A stretch of DNA of 64,000 nt, from positions 1 to 64,000 of the IMG/VR virus record IMGVR_UViG_2639763012_000002; one strand, written 5' to 3'. The notes below the pieces were generated by a model. It saw nothing but the letters and a program-made list of their open reading frames with translations, was not told the DNA's origin and ran no database searches. Made by a program: the position numbers and the translations under genes. This DNA comes from a virus (taxonomy: Duplodnaviria; Caudoviricetes). Shown here one piece after another: positions 27,150 through 36,483 of the stretch. The first letter of the stretch is position 1. The number at the start of each line of letters is the position of its first letter.

Positions 27150-28397
27150 GTGTATCCGGGCTATCTGAACGTGGGCTGCAACGAGATCATCAACAACGAG
27201 CGCGCCGCGACCTACGCGGCAGAGTATGGGATCCAGCTGAACTGCGACCGGTGCGAGGCTCTGCCGGAGGTGCTGGGGCATGCCCCGTACAGCAACCCGG
27301 CGGCGGATGACGCGCCCTGGTATGACCCGATCGTGCCGGAGTCGGTGGAATTCCTCGGCGTGTGGTCGAACTCGGGGATCGACGGGTTGGGGATGTCGAC
27401 CCTCACCCAGGGCTCGCAGGAACGCTCGCAGGGTGGCGGCGTGCCGGGCGCGCCGCGGCGCGCGGCGCGGGACATGACCGTGGTGATGACGCTGGTTGCC
27501 GCCTCGGAGTGTGCCCTGGTGTACGGGTTGGGCTGGTTGTCGCGGGCGCTGGGCGGGGACTCGTGCTCGGCCGGGTGCCGGGGCATGGAGATGGCGGTGT
27601 TCGCCTGCTGCCCGACCGCGCCGGATGACGGGTCGCTGCGGTACCTGTACGACGTCGGGGTGGCGCGGGGGGTGCAGTCCGGGGCGCGGCAGTACGCGGG
27701 TGACGGCCTGGTGTTGTTGCAGGTGACGGTCAACCTGTTCGCGGGCAACCCCTGGATCTACAGCGATCCGCTCGCTGGGGAGGAGTGGGTGCCGCTGGGT
27801 GGCGGGGAGTTGGTGCGGCAGGACCCGGACCAGGTGTACCAGCGGTGTCTGGAGCCGGAGCCGTGCGCGACTGATCCGCTGTGTCCGCCGCCGATCCTGC
27901 CGCCGGCTCCACCGGCGCCGGTCTCGCCGTGCTACGGCATGGGCGTTGCGGAGTTCCGGGTGACCCGGCTGTCGGTCGCGGCGGATGAGTATCCGGCGTG
28001 GACGACGCTGGTCCCGGTGATCGAGGTGGAGCCGGGCGGGGCCGACATGCGCAGGTTGCTGGTCAGGTTCTGGGCCAACCCGGCTGGCGGCGAGTGTGGC
28101 GTGGATGAGTTGGACCCGTGCGACTCGTGCGGCGATGCCAACGTTTCCTATGTGCCGGCGGAGTCGGTGTTGACGATCGACGGCCGCACGGAGCGTTCCC
28201 AGATCGCGTGCGAGACGGAGTTCGTCGGCACGGCATTGGCGCGGCCGGACCTGTATGGGCAGCAGGGTGGCCTCTACAGGTATCCGTATTTCCCTTGCCC
28301 GTCCGGGCTGTGTGTGGAGGTGTGGTCCCTCGCCACGGACACGTCGGAGGACGCGCGGGCGCGGGTGCTGCTGGTGCCCAGGACGGACGTGATCTGA
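27150..28397 (+). CDS. Minor tail protein (Dit-like)
   Basis: Follows tape measure; GYLNVGCNEIINNER, DAPWYDP, VSYVPAESVLTIDG. Confidence 0.75.
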   Translation: MYPGYLNVGCNEIINNERAATYAAEYGIQLNCDRCEALPEVLGHAPYSNPAADDAPWYDPIVPESVEFLGVWSNSGIDGLGMSTLTQGSQERSQGGGVPGAPRRAARDMTVVMTLVAASECALVYGLGWLSRALGGDSCSAGCRGMEMAVFACCPTAPDDGSLRYLYDVGVARGVQSGARQYAGDGLVLLQVTVNLFAGNPWIYSDPLAGEEWVPLGGGELVRQDPDQVYQRCLEPEPCATDPLCPPPILPPAPPAPVSPCYGMGVAEFRVTRLSVAADEYPAWTTLVPVIEVEPGGADMRRLLVRFWANPAGGECGVDELDPCDSCGDANVSYVPAESVLTIDGRTERSQIACETEFVGTALARPDLYGQQGGLYRYPYFPCPSGLCVEVWSLATDTSEDARARVLLVPRTDVI

Positions 28398-28398
28398 C

Positions 28399-30798
28399 AT
28401 GGCTGTCCTCCTCGACCCCACCGGGCCGGTGTCGCCGCTGCTGCCGGTCGGCACCCGCCTTTCGCAGGGGCGGGTGCATCAGCAGGCCGCGGTCGATCCG
28501 GTCACCGGCGAGGTGTATGTCACGCAGGTGGTGGACGGTGGGCGGCAACTGGCCGGCGAGGACGCCCCGGTATCCGGCGCGGCGCGGGCAGCGCGCGGCG
28601 ACCTGGCGATCAGCCGCGTCTCCCCCGACGGCGACCTGCTGGGCAGCATGTACGTGCGGCGCTTCGACCACGGCTCGGGCCTGGGCGTCGAGTGGGTGGG
28701 CGAGCAGCTGCACCTGTGGACTGGCTACGACGCGGCTGAGGTCGCGGAGGGCCGCAACGCCCACGGGCGCTTGGTTGCCCGGTTCCCGTTCCAGGACGGT
28801 GCGGTGCTGGATGTCGGGGCGCCGGAGGTCGAGGTGTTCGATCCGGTGCCGGGGGCGCGGTCGATCACCCCGGGCTTGGACCTGGCGCACGGCCAGGTCG
28901 GCGCCCGCTACTCGGCCGGCGGCGAGTTGCGGTACCGCGTGTGGAGCCATGAGGCGTTCGTGGCCCACGAGTTCGACGATCCGCTATGGGACGCCCCCTT
29001 CCCTGACGGCGCAGCATCGGACTACCAGGCGTGGACGCTGTTCGGGGAGTACATCTACCAGCACCACGGCACCGGCTACAGCGACAGCAACCCGGGCGGC
29101 AACGCCCGGTTCGTCATCGTCTCCCTGCGCACCGGCACGGTAGTGCGCAACGTGCCCAACGAGCACCACGAGGAGTTGGAGTACCGCGAGGCGGAGGCCA
29201 TCGGCGTCCTGGCGAGCGGGCCGCTGGCGGCCGACGGGCCCCGCCTGTTCTTCGGGTTCGCGGTCGGCGCCGCCGGTGAGCGCGGGGTGGCGCTGTACGC
29301 GACCGAACCCGAGCCGGGCCCCGGCACCTTCATATCCGCCGTGCCAGCCCCGTCCGGCGCCGGTATCGAGCTGACGGTCGCGATCCAGGACCCGGCCAGC
29401 GTGGTGACGTGGCGCGTCACCCGCCCCGGCGGACATCTGTTGTTCGCCGGGACGGGCGCGGAGGCCGAGGCGATCGACTGGCCATCAACGATGCTGGACA
29501 CGGCGCCGCCACGGTGTACGCCGACACACTACGTCCTCACCATCGAACGCGTCGGCCAAGCGCCGCAGACCCTCACCACCGAGGAGATCACCTACACGCC
29601 GCCGGGCGGCTGCGGCACAGTCGCGCCGGTCGCCGGCGGCGCCAACGTGCTGGGCTGCGCAGGCGAGTATGCGGCGCGGGTCCACTGGCGCGGCGGCGCA
29701 CTGGAGTTGCCGCTGCAACTCCTCGACGACGCCGATGCGATGGAGTGGTCCCGCACCGAGCGGGACGTGGCAGACGCGTCGGTCACCATCCCCAAGGGCG
29801 CGCACCCGGACTGCTGCACGGAGGTGCAGCAGATCCACCCCTGGGTGCACGAGCTGTCGATCTACCGGGCGGATGACCGCACACCGATCTGGCAGGGCCC
29901 GATCACCCGGGTGCGCTCCCGCCGCGGGGAAATCGTCATCGAGGCGCAGGACGTCACTGCCTGGCTGGAGCAGCTGGTCAACACCTACCGCGTCGGCTAC
30001 ACCACGGCGACACCGGACGCCCAGGGGCGCCGTCGCGGCACGATCGCCTACATCGCGGCCAACCATCTCAGGCTGAACATGATCGAGTCGGCGCTGTCTG
30101 ACCCTGCGGATTACGCGGGGATCATGCAGCACCTGGTGGTGCGTGAGGACGGCCTGCCCACCATCAAGGTCGAGCGCGACGGATCAACGAACGACGCGAT
30201 CTGGACGGTGCCGATGGCGGACGCCTGGCGGGAGTGGACCAAACGCGGCCTGACCTGGACCACCGTGGGCAGGTCGATCGTGCTGCGTGGCTCACCGACC
30301 GAGCAGACGATCCCGCAGGCCCGCCTGACCATGGATGATTTCGCCGGCGACGTGGAGATCATCCGCGACGGCCTGGAGGCTGCCACCTACGCATTCGCCA
30401 CGACCCAACGACCGGGCAGCCAGGACATCTCCGAGGGTGTGACGGTCGGCACCGGCCGCACGGGGACGCCGTACGGGCGGCTGGATCGGATCGTCGTGGT
30501 CGATGAGGACGACCCGGACCCGGCCGACCTGGAGCGCGCCGCGCGGGAGGAACTGTCAGGCCGCTACCCGGCGCCAATGGTGATCTCCATGCCGGCCGAC
30601 GCGCAACTCGCCCCCGACGCACCGATCACGGTGCGGCAGCTGGTGCCCGGGGAGCGCATCGACGTGACCGGCGACGAGTGCTGGCGCATCCAGCGAGGGT
30701 TCCGACTCACCGACGTGCGCGGGGTGTGGCAGTCCGGGGTGGAGCGGATCTCGATCGGCCTGGTGCCGCTCGGCGATACGGAGGTGCCGACGGGTTGA
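28399..30798 (+). CDS. Tail-tip protein: TagC/P68-RBP-like beta-propeller fused to a Gp37-like baseplate hub domain
   Basis: N-term QQAAVD..GDLAISR..LGSMYVRRFDHG, YQAW, YREAEAI; C-term PWVHELSIYR..WQGPI..AQDVTAWL, LVPGERI. Confidence 0.7.
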   Translation: MAVLLDPTGPVSPLLPVGTRLSQGRVHQQAAVDPVTGEVYVTQVVDGGRQLAGEDAPVSGAARAARGDLAISRVSPDGDLLGSMYVRRFDHGSGLGVEWVGEQLHLWTGYDAAEVAEGRNAHGRLVARFPFQDGAVLDVGAPEVEVFDPVPGARSITPGLDLAHGQVGARYSAGGELRYRVWSHEAFVAHEFDDPLWDAPFPDGAASDYQAWTLFGEYIYQHHGTGYSDSNPGGNARFVIVSLRTGTVVRNVPNEHHEELEYREAEAIGVLASGPLAADGPRLFFGFAVGAAGERGVALYATEPEPGPGTFISAVPAPSGAGIELTVAIQDPASVVTWRVTRPGGHLLFAGTGAEAEAIDWPSTMLDTAPPRCTPTHYVLTIERVGQAPQTLTTEEITYTPPGGCGTVAPVAGGANVLGCAGEYAARVHWRGGALELPLQLLDDADAMEWSRTERDVADASVTIPKGAHPDCCTEVQQIHPWVHELSIYRADDRTPIWQGPITRVRSRRGEIVIEAQDVTAWLEQLVNTYRVGYTTATPDAQGRRRGTIAYIAANHLRLNMIESALSDPADYAGIMQHLVVREDGLPTIKVERDGSTNDAIWTVPMADAWREWTKRGLTWTTVGRSIVLRGSPTEQTIPQARLTMDDFAGDVEIIRDGLEAATYAFATTQRPGSQDISEGVTVGTGRTGTPYGRLDRIVVVDEDDPDPADLERAAREELSGRYPAPMVISMPADAQLAPDAPITVRQLVPGERIDVTGDECWRIQRGFRLTDVRGVWQSGVERISIGLVPLGDTEVPTG

Positions 30799-30950
30799 CT
30801 TCCTCCCCCGCCTAAAGGCGGGGGATTCCAGCGGTCGCCCGCTGGGTTTCCTGCTTCACCAACGACCGCCCCGTCCGGGAGGACTCCCGTTGAGGTCTTA
30901 CACCGTCTCCACAGGCAGACGCCGCCAGCCCGGCGGCCAGGATGTTGCGT
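30775..30950 (-). ncRNA. Predicted TnpB omega/reRNA (scaffold overlapping tnpB 3' end plus flank-derived guide)
   Basis: Inferred from established TnpB architecture; 5' boundary approximate; guide would be CCCGUCGGCACCUCCGUAUC. Confidence 0.6.
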
Positions 30951-32181
30951 GCCGCGTTCACGTCACGGTCATGCGCCGTGCCGCACTCGCACGTCCACTC
31001 GCGGACGTTGAGCGGCATCTTCGCCGTGACCGTGCCGCAGGCCCCGCACAGCTTGCTGGAGGGGAACCAGCGGTCGATCACGACGAGTTCACGCCCGTAC
31101 CAGGCGCACTTGTACTCCAGCATGGAGCGCAGTTCCGTCCACGATGCGTCCGAGATAGCGCGCGCCAGGGAATGACTCTTCAGCAGGTTGCGGACCGACA
31201 GGTCCTCGATCACGACCACTTGGTTCTCATGGACGAGTCGAGTCGACAGCTTGTGCAGGAAGTCACGACGCCGGTCGACGATCCGCGCATGGACCTTGGC
31301 CACCTTGCGCCGGGCCTTCTCCCGGTTCGCCGATCCCTTCGCCTTGCGGCACAGCTCACGCTGTGCCTTCGCCAGGCGCGCCCGGTCCCGCCGTTCATGC
31401 CGGGGATTGGCGATCTTCTCCCCGGTGGACAGGGTCACCAGCGAGGTGATGCCCGCGTCGATGCCGACCGCCGCCGTGGTGGGCCGTGCCGGGGTAATGG
31501 TGTCCTCGCACAGCAGGGACACGAACCAACGTCCGGCACTGTCGCGAGAGACGGTCACCGTCGTCGGTACCGAACCTTCGGGAAGCGGACGCGACCAACG
31601 GATATCCAACGGCTCGGCCATCTTCGCCAGCGTCAGCTTCCCGTCGCGCCACTTGAAGGCGCTGCGGGTGTACTCGGCCGACGCGCGGGACTTCTTCCGG
31701 CTCTTGTACCGGGGGTACTTCGCCCGCTTGGCGAAGAAGTTGGCGAACGCCGTCTGAAGATGTCTGAGCGCCTGCTGGAGCGGGACGGAGGACACCTCCC
31801 TCAGGAAGGCGAGTTCCTCGGTCTTCTTCCACTCCGTGAGCGCGGTCGAGGACTGCACGTAGGAGACACGGCGGTGTTCGCCGTACCACGCGCGAGTGCG
31901 CTCCTCCAGCGCCTTGTTGTACACGAGACGGACGCAGCCGAACGTGCGCGACAGCTCAGCTGCCTGCTCGTCCGTGGGGTAAAAGCGGTACCGAAAAGCC
32001 CGCTTGACCTGCTGCGTCATGCCTCACATTCTATCAACTTCCCTGTCAGCGCCGGGCGTTGGCTGTTGGCCGGTGGACGCCGGTCCGCCCTGGCGGCGAA
32101 CCGGCTTTCCCTGCCCTGCTCCGCAGGAGCTTCGTTTCCTCCCCGACCTGAAGGCCGGGGTATCCACGAAGGAAGGCGCCG
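30795..32181 (-). mobile_element. IS200/IS605-family tnpB-only (IS1341-like) element
   Basis: Right end hairpin CCCCCGCCTTTAGGCGGGGG..TCAA; left end hairpin CCCCGGCCTTCAGGTCGGGG; inferred target TCAT at 32182-32185; no tnpA, no TSD. Confidence 0.88.
30812..32020 (-). CDS. tnpB: RNA-guided endonuclease TnpB
   Basis: RAFRYRFYPT HTH, RuvC GIDAG / IEDL / DRDVNAARN all intact, Zn finger CGAC..CEC. Confidence 0.97.
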   Translation of the reverse strand: MTQQVKRAFRYRFYPTDEQAAELSRTFGCVRLVYNKALEERTRAWYGEHRRVSYVQSSTALTEWKKTEELAFLREVSSVPLQQALRHLQTAFANFFAKRAKYPRYKSRKKSRASAEYTRSAFKWRDGKLTLAKMAEPLDIRWSRPLPEGSVPTTVTVSRDSAGRWFVSLLCEDTITPARPTTAAVGIDAGITSLVTLSTGEKIANPRHERRDRARLAKAQRELCRKAKGSANREKARRKVAKVHARIVDRRRDFLHKLSTRLVHENQVVVIEDLSVRNLLKSHSLARAISDASWTELRSMLEYKCAWYGRELVVIDRWFPSSKLCGACGTVTAKMPLNVREWTCECGTAHDRDVNAARNILAAGLAASACGDGVRPQRESSRTGRSLVKQETQRATAGIPRL

Positions 32182-32388
32182 ATGAGCGGGAGTTTGGTGC
32201 CGGGGCAGCGATCGGCGCAGGACCCGCAGCGCGCGGCTGGGTACGCGGTGCGGGCGATGGGACGCGGCTCCCGGCCACAGGCCGGTCTGTCGAGCGTGAT
32301 GTGGCTGACGATCAAGGGCCGCCGTATGCGGCTCACCGTGGGCGAGGACGGCCGGGAGCGGCTGGAGAGCATGGAGGGAGACGGCTGA
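32182..32388 (+). CDS. Small tail-operon protein
   Basis: 68 aa; TGATG-coupled to next gene. Confidence 0.6.
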   Translation: MSGSLVPGQRSAQDPQRAAGYAVRAMGRGSRPQAGLSSVMWLTIKGRRMRLTVGEDGRERLESMEGDG

Positions 32389-34256
32389 TGGGTGTGCCGT
32401 GTGGGTGCGGCGGCGGGCAGGTCACGGTGTCGGGTATCGCCCCGATCTACGTGAACCGATCCGGGGTACGGCCGGTGGACTACCAGGTGGGGATCGGGCC
32501 GCCCGGGGCCGATCCGTGTCAGGCGATCACGGACTGTGTGCACCTGGGACCCGGGCTCGTGCGGGACGAGGGCACCGGCGCCATCCAGGCGTTCCTGTCC
32601 CGCGATGCGGGCAACACGCTGCACTTCGGGACCGACGGCGGGCTGAAGAACCTGGAGGGCGGCGAACCTTCCCCTGATGAGTGCCGGGTGACGGTCGACT
32701 CACTGCCCGAGGCCGACCTGATCGGTGCCAAAGCGTTGGCCGGCCTCCACAACCCCTACAGCTCGCCGTACGGGCTGGAGTACTGCCTGGCCAACCGGAT
32801 CGACCTGATCCACTACATCGTCGGCACCACCGCTGACGGGGTCGGCGTGGTGTCGGACTACTGGGCGATGGAGATGGTGACCCGCCGCTCCAGCATCTAC
32901 GTCGACACCCCGATCGCCCTCCTCAACTCCGCCACAGTCAAGACCGCCTACAACTACGCCGGCAACGTAGACGATCCGGTCTCCCATACTCCGACGAGCC
33001 GATCTGACCGGGGCGGAGGCTGGTACGGGTGGCTCGCCCAGCGCTACCACCAGCCGTTGGCCGAGGATTTCCTGCGCACCATCAACGGCCGGGCGATCGC
33101 GGTGATGGCGTGCGTGCCGTCCGGGGCCACCGTTGGTTCGGAGGCGCACCACGTGCAGGGCGCGATCCGCGCCGCGATGCAGACCTGCACGCAGGACTCC
33201 GTGATGATCGCCGTGGCCGAGATCCCCAACGCCACCACGGTCCTCAACGCCGGCATCACGCCGATCATGATGCCGGACGGGCAGAACCCGCCCGCGACGT
33301 GGGGCGTGGACACCCTGCCGTACCCGCCCGCCGATCTCACCGCGGCCGGCATCGGCTGGATCATCCTGTCCGACCACTACACGGACGCGGTGATCTCGGC
33401 CTACGTGGACGCAGGGCTGAGCGTCATCCTCATGGGCAACTCCCGCCACGAGCAGCGCCCCCGCGAACAGGCGCTGGGAGTGCGCGGCGTGATGGGCCTG
33501 GACCCGGTGTACTACCGAGCCGGGCGCGGCGCCCCCAGCTACGTGGGCGAGTACGACCCGATAGGGCTGCGCCGCCCCGGGGTCGGGCAGCTGACGCACC
33601 GCACCGACCAGCACGGCGTGATCGACAACGCCGGCCTGGTCCGTGGCCGACCCAAGGCCGAGGGGCAGGGCCTGATCCTGCCGCCAGGGTTCGGCGGCGG
33701 CCTCGGGCGGCCGAGCGTGCTGTGCGGCTGGGAGTCCGACGGCACCCCGGCGCCGGCGTCGTACCGCATCACCTACGACTGCCGGTGGAACACGCTCGCC
33801 CCGGACTCAGCCGGCCGCGCCAAGATGTCGCTGCTGTTTGGGGCGTTGACCGACGAGAGCACGCTGGCCTACCCGCAGGACAACCCGGACCTGAACCCGG
33901 CCGGCTACCCGGACGGGCAGGTCACCATGTACCGCGCGTTCCAACGCCAGTCCGGGGAGATCGGGATCGCGAAATGGGGCGCGCCTGGCGAGACCATCAC
34001 CTACCTCGCGACGCTCGACACCCCGCCGATCGCCGCCGGGTTCTGGAGCACGTACACGATCGAGGTCAGCGGCGACCAGATCGTGTTCTCCCGCGAGCTG
34101 ACGGACGGCACCACCTACTCGGTGACGGCGGCCGATGACCAGTACCGCGGGCCGTACATGTACATCGAGAAGGAAGAGACGTTCGTCGGCGCGAGTGGCG
34201 ACGAGCCGAACGAGTTCGAGGGAGAGTTCCGCAACGTGGACAGGGTGGCACTGTGA
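32388..34256 (+). CDS. Tail fibre / receptor-binding protein with degenerate GDPD-like barrel and beta-sandwich C-terminus
   Basis: MGVPCGC start; LSRDAGNTLHFGTDGGL fibre motif; IGAKALAGLHNPYSS..IDLIHYIVGTTADGVGVV and LGVRGVMGLDPVY echo the GDPD termini; DDQYRGPY. Confidence 0.65.
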   Translation: MGVPCGCGGGQVTVSGIAPIYVNRSGVRPVDYQVGIGPPGADPCQAITDCVHLGPGLVRDEGTGAIQAFLSRDAGNTLHFGTDGGLKNLEGGEPSPDECRVTVDSLPEADLIGAKALAGLHNPYSSPYGLEYCLANRIDLIHYIVGTTADGVGVVSDYWAMEMVTRRSSIYVDTPIALLNSATVKTAYNYAGNVDDPVSHTPTSRSDRGGGWYGWLAQRYHQPLAEDFLRTINGRAIAVMACVPSGATVGSEAHHVQGAIRAAMQTCTQDSVMIAVAEIPNATTVLNAGITPIMMPDGQNPPATWGVDTLPYPPADLTAAGIGWIILSDHYTDAVISAYVDAGLSVILMGNSRHEQRPREQALGVRGVMGLDPVYYRAGRGAPSYVGEYDPIGLRRPGVGQLTHRTDQHGVIDNAGLVRGRPKAEGQGLILPPGFGGGLGRPSVLCGWESDGTPAPASYRITYDCRWNTLAPDSAGRAKMSLLFGALTDESTLAYPQDNPDLNPAGYPDGQVTMYRAFQRQSGEIGIAKWGAPGETITYLATLDTPPIAAGFWSTYTIEVSGDQIVFSRELTDGTTYSVTAADDQYRGPYMYIEKEETFVGASGDEPNEFEGEFRNVDRVAL

Positions 34257-35275
34257 GGGTTGTTGCGTCGGTGCACTTCGCGGCACCACACCGGATGGCC
34301 GGCAGCGAGACGATGCTGCACACCATGATGCGGTCCGTGGCCGAGGCCGGGCACGAGGCGCACGTTGTCGTCTCCGACCTACCCGACGCCCCACCAACGT
34401 GGGAGTACCAGGGCGTGACGGGGCACTCCCGCCGTGGGGTGGCTGAGGCGACGCGGTTCCTGCGGCAGCTGCGGCCGGACGTGATCGTGACGCACCACCA
34501 GAACGCCATCCAGGGCATCATGGAGGCGCGCCGGCTGGGCGTGCAGTCCGTGTTCATCCAGCACAACTCGTTCGGCCTCAACCGGCAGATCCTCGCACTG
34601 CGCCCGGACCTGACGGTGTTCAACACGGAGTGGATCAAGGCGATGTGGGGCCAGCAGGCCGGCCGCAGCATCGTGATCCACCCACCGGTGCGGGCCGACG
34701 ACCACGCGACCACCCCGGGCAACCACGTCACCCTCATCAACCTCAACCGGCACAAAGGCGTCGACCTGTTCTACAGGCTCGCTCGCCATTTCCCCCACCA
34801 GCCGTTCCTGGGTGTGCATGGGGGACACGGGCAGCAGATCGTGCACGGCGCCCCACCGAACGTTCGGATCATCCCGCAGACCAACAACATGCGCGACGAC
34901 GTGTGGGCCCGCACCCGCGTGCTCCTCGTCCCCTCGGTGTACGAGTCGTACGGCATGGTCGCAGCCGAGGCCCTGTGCTCCGGCATCCCCGTGATGGCCA
35001 ACGCCACCCCTGGCCTCCAGGAGTGCCTGGGCGCGGCCGGGATCTGGCCGGGCGGGGTGCGGGCCGTGACCCAGCCGGTGCCCTCCAACATCGTCCACAC
35101 CAGCGCGGGGGCCCTCGCGCAGTGGGTGGCGATCCTGCGCCGCCTGCTGACTGACCACGAGGAGTGGGAGCGGGTCTCGGCCGTGTGCCGGCAGCGGTCG
35201 GCCGAGCTGGCCCCTGGGCCGGAGATGGCCCGCTGGGTCGCCGAGCTGGAGGCGATGGCGCCCGCCAAGGCGTGA
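34253..35275 (+). CDS. Glycosyltransferase family 4 (GT-B)
   Basis: AGSETMLH, RPDVIVTH, LLVPSVYESYGMVAAEALCSGIPV (E-x7-E). Confidence 0.92.
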   Translation: MRVVASVHFAAPHRMAGSETMLHTMMRSVAEAGHEAHVVVSDLPDAPPTWEYQGVTGHSRRGVAEATRFLRQLRPDVIVTHHQNAIQGIMEARRLGVQSVFIQHNSFGLNRQILALRPDLTVFNTEWIKAMWGQQAGRSIVIHPPVRADDHATTPGNHVTLINLNRHKGVDLFYRLARHFPHQPFLGVHGGHGQQIVHGAPPNVRIIPQTNNMRDDVWARTRVLLVPSVYESYGMVAAEALCSGIPVMANATPGLQECLGAAGIWPGGVRAVTQPVPSNIVHTSAGALAQWVAILRRLLTDHEEWERVSAVCRQRSAELAPGPEMARWVAELEAMAPAKA

Positions 35276-35293
35276 GCGTGTCCGGGTGCGCGC

Positions 35294-36091
35294 CTACCAG
35301 CGGGGCGCGCGCCCGACCCGCTTCCTCCACTCGGCGTGCAACTGGGCTCGCTCGTCCAGGAGTTCCGCGTGCCGTGCAGCCAACTGCGCCGCTGCTTCGC
35401 TGTGTAGCTGGCGGGCCTCGGCGGCTGCTGCGTCCGCGTCCCGCTGGACCTGGGCCAAGCGCTGCTGGAGCGACTTGATGGTGAGCTTGTCCTCTTGGAG
35501 CCGGCCAGGCAGCCTTTTGGCCGTGGTGTACAGGTCGTTGAAGAAGTCGGTGCGCGCCTCGGCTGAACCGAAAGGGAGCGGGAGCGAGTAGTACTCGTGC
35601 TCGCCATTCGGCCAGCGGAACACCAGCTCTTCCTCACCTCGAACTCGGGTGATGTCGTGGGTGATGCCCTGGAGAGGGATCTCGACGGGCTTCGGTGGTA
35701 GCGCCGGCTCTACGGCAGGAGGCGCGTCGGCTGGCGCAGTACTGGTCTCCACCCGTGGTTCCTCCTGGACGCGGAAAAGGACCCGTTCGTGGAGGACGAG
35801 AGGCAGGAGCCGATTCACCTCTTGGCCGCTCCCTGGGAACTGCGCCGCTTCGATCTCTGGCTCTAGCTCTGCGGCTTGCCGCTCGAAGGGCTGGCGTGCG
35901 GCCTGCTCATCGACCTCAACTGAGTTCTGTCCGCGTGCGTTGACGGCGGCCTTCCGGAGCGCCATGCGGTTGTGGTGTAGTCGCTGACGGAGGTCTGCCA
36001 GGTCTGCGCGGAACGGTGCGCCCGGGTAGGCCGTCCAGCGCCAGAACACCCATGCCGCGCCAGCGGCCAGCAGTGTCAGCAGTAACGCCAC
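35294..36091 (-). CDS. Membrane-anchored coiled-coil moron protein
   Basis: N-terminal TM, coiled coils flanking a PH-like beta region; GGAGG RBS; lower GC. Confidence 0.7.
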   Translation of the reverse strand: MALLLTLLAAGAAWVFWRWTAYPGAPFRADLADLRQRLHHNRMALRKAAVNARGQNSVEVDEQAARQPFERQAAELEPEIEAAQFPGSGQEVNRLLPLVLHERVLFRVQEEPRVETSTAPADAPPAVEPALPPKPVEIPLQGITHDITRVRGEEELVFRWPNGEHEYYSLPLPFGSAEARTDFFNDLYTTAKRLPGRLQEDKLTIKSLQQRLAQVQRDADAAAAEARQLHSEAAAQLAARHAELLDERAQLHAEWRKRVGRAPRW

Positions 36092-36197
36092 GGTAAGCCC
36101 CTCCCATGTCCCGTCGTCGGCGGGAGGGATTCTGCCAGCGCGAGCGGGCACGGGGGGCCACATTCACCAGATCGTGTGACCGGTCGAGCACTTCATG

Positions 36198-36329
36198 TCA
36201 ACGCGAGGCGCGTGCTTGGATCTTCGCTGTTTCTACCCGGGCGCGGGTGACGATGTACGTGATGAGGGTGACGCCAGCGACAGCGCAGACGCCCAGGAGT
36301 GCGGTGACGATCGCGGTGGTTCCGGCCAT
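36198..36329 (-). CDS. 43-aa single-TM peptide with basic tail
   Basis: GGAGG RBS; MAGTTAIVTALLGVCAVAGVTLITYIVTRARVETAKIQARASR. Confidence 0.6.
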   Translation of the reverse strand: MAGTTAIVTALLGVCAVAGVTLITYIVTRARVETAKIQARASR

Positions 36330-36483
36330 GAGCAATACACCTCCGGGGGCACGTCGATGATGTGGTGCCCCCTGGTCGCCCTCGCTGTGCACACCGGGCA
36401 GCGAGGGCGACCCACACGCATCGCACTGCAACAGCCGCCAACCAGGAACATGTTGACGCAGGTCAGTGTACGTGGGATCGCCC

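Noticed and set aside
30812-32020. Nuclease-dead TnpB (TldR-like) or Cas12 effector
   Set aside because: Catalytic D-E-D intact, both IS ends present, no array
32004-32387. 750-aa ORF starting inside the IS
   Set aside because: N-terminal 128 aa are read-through across the IS left end; the real start is the coupled ATG at 32388
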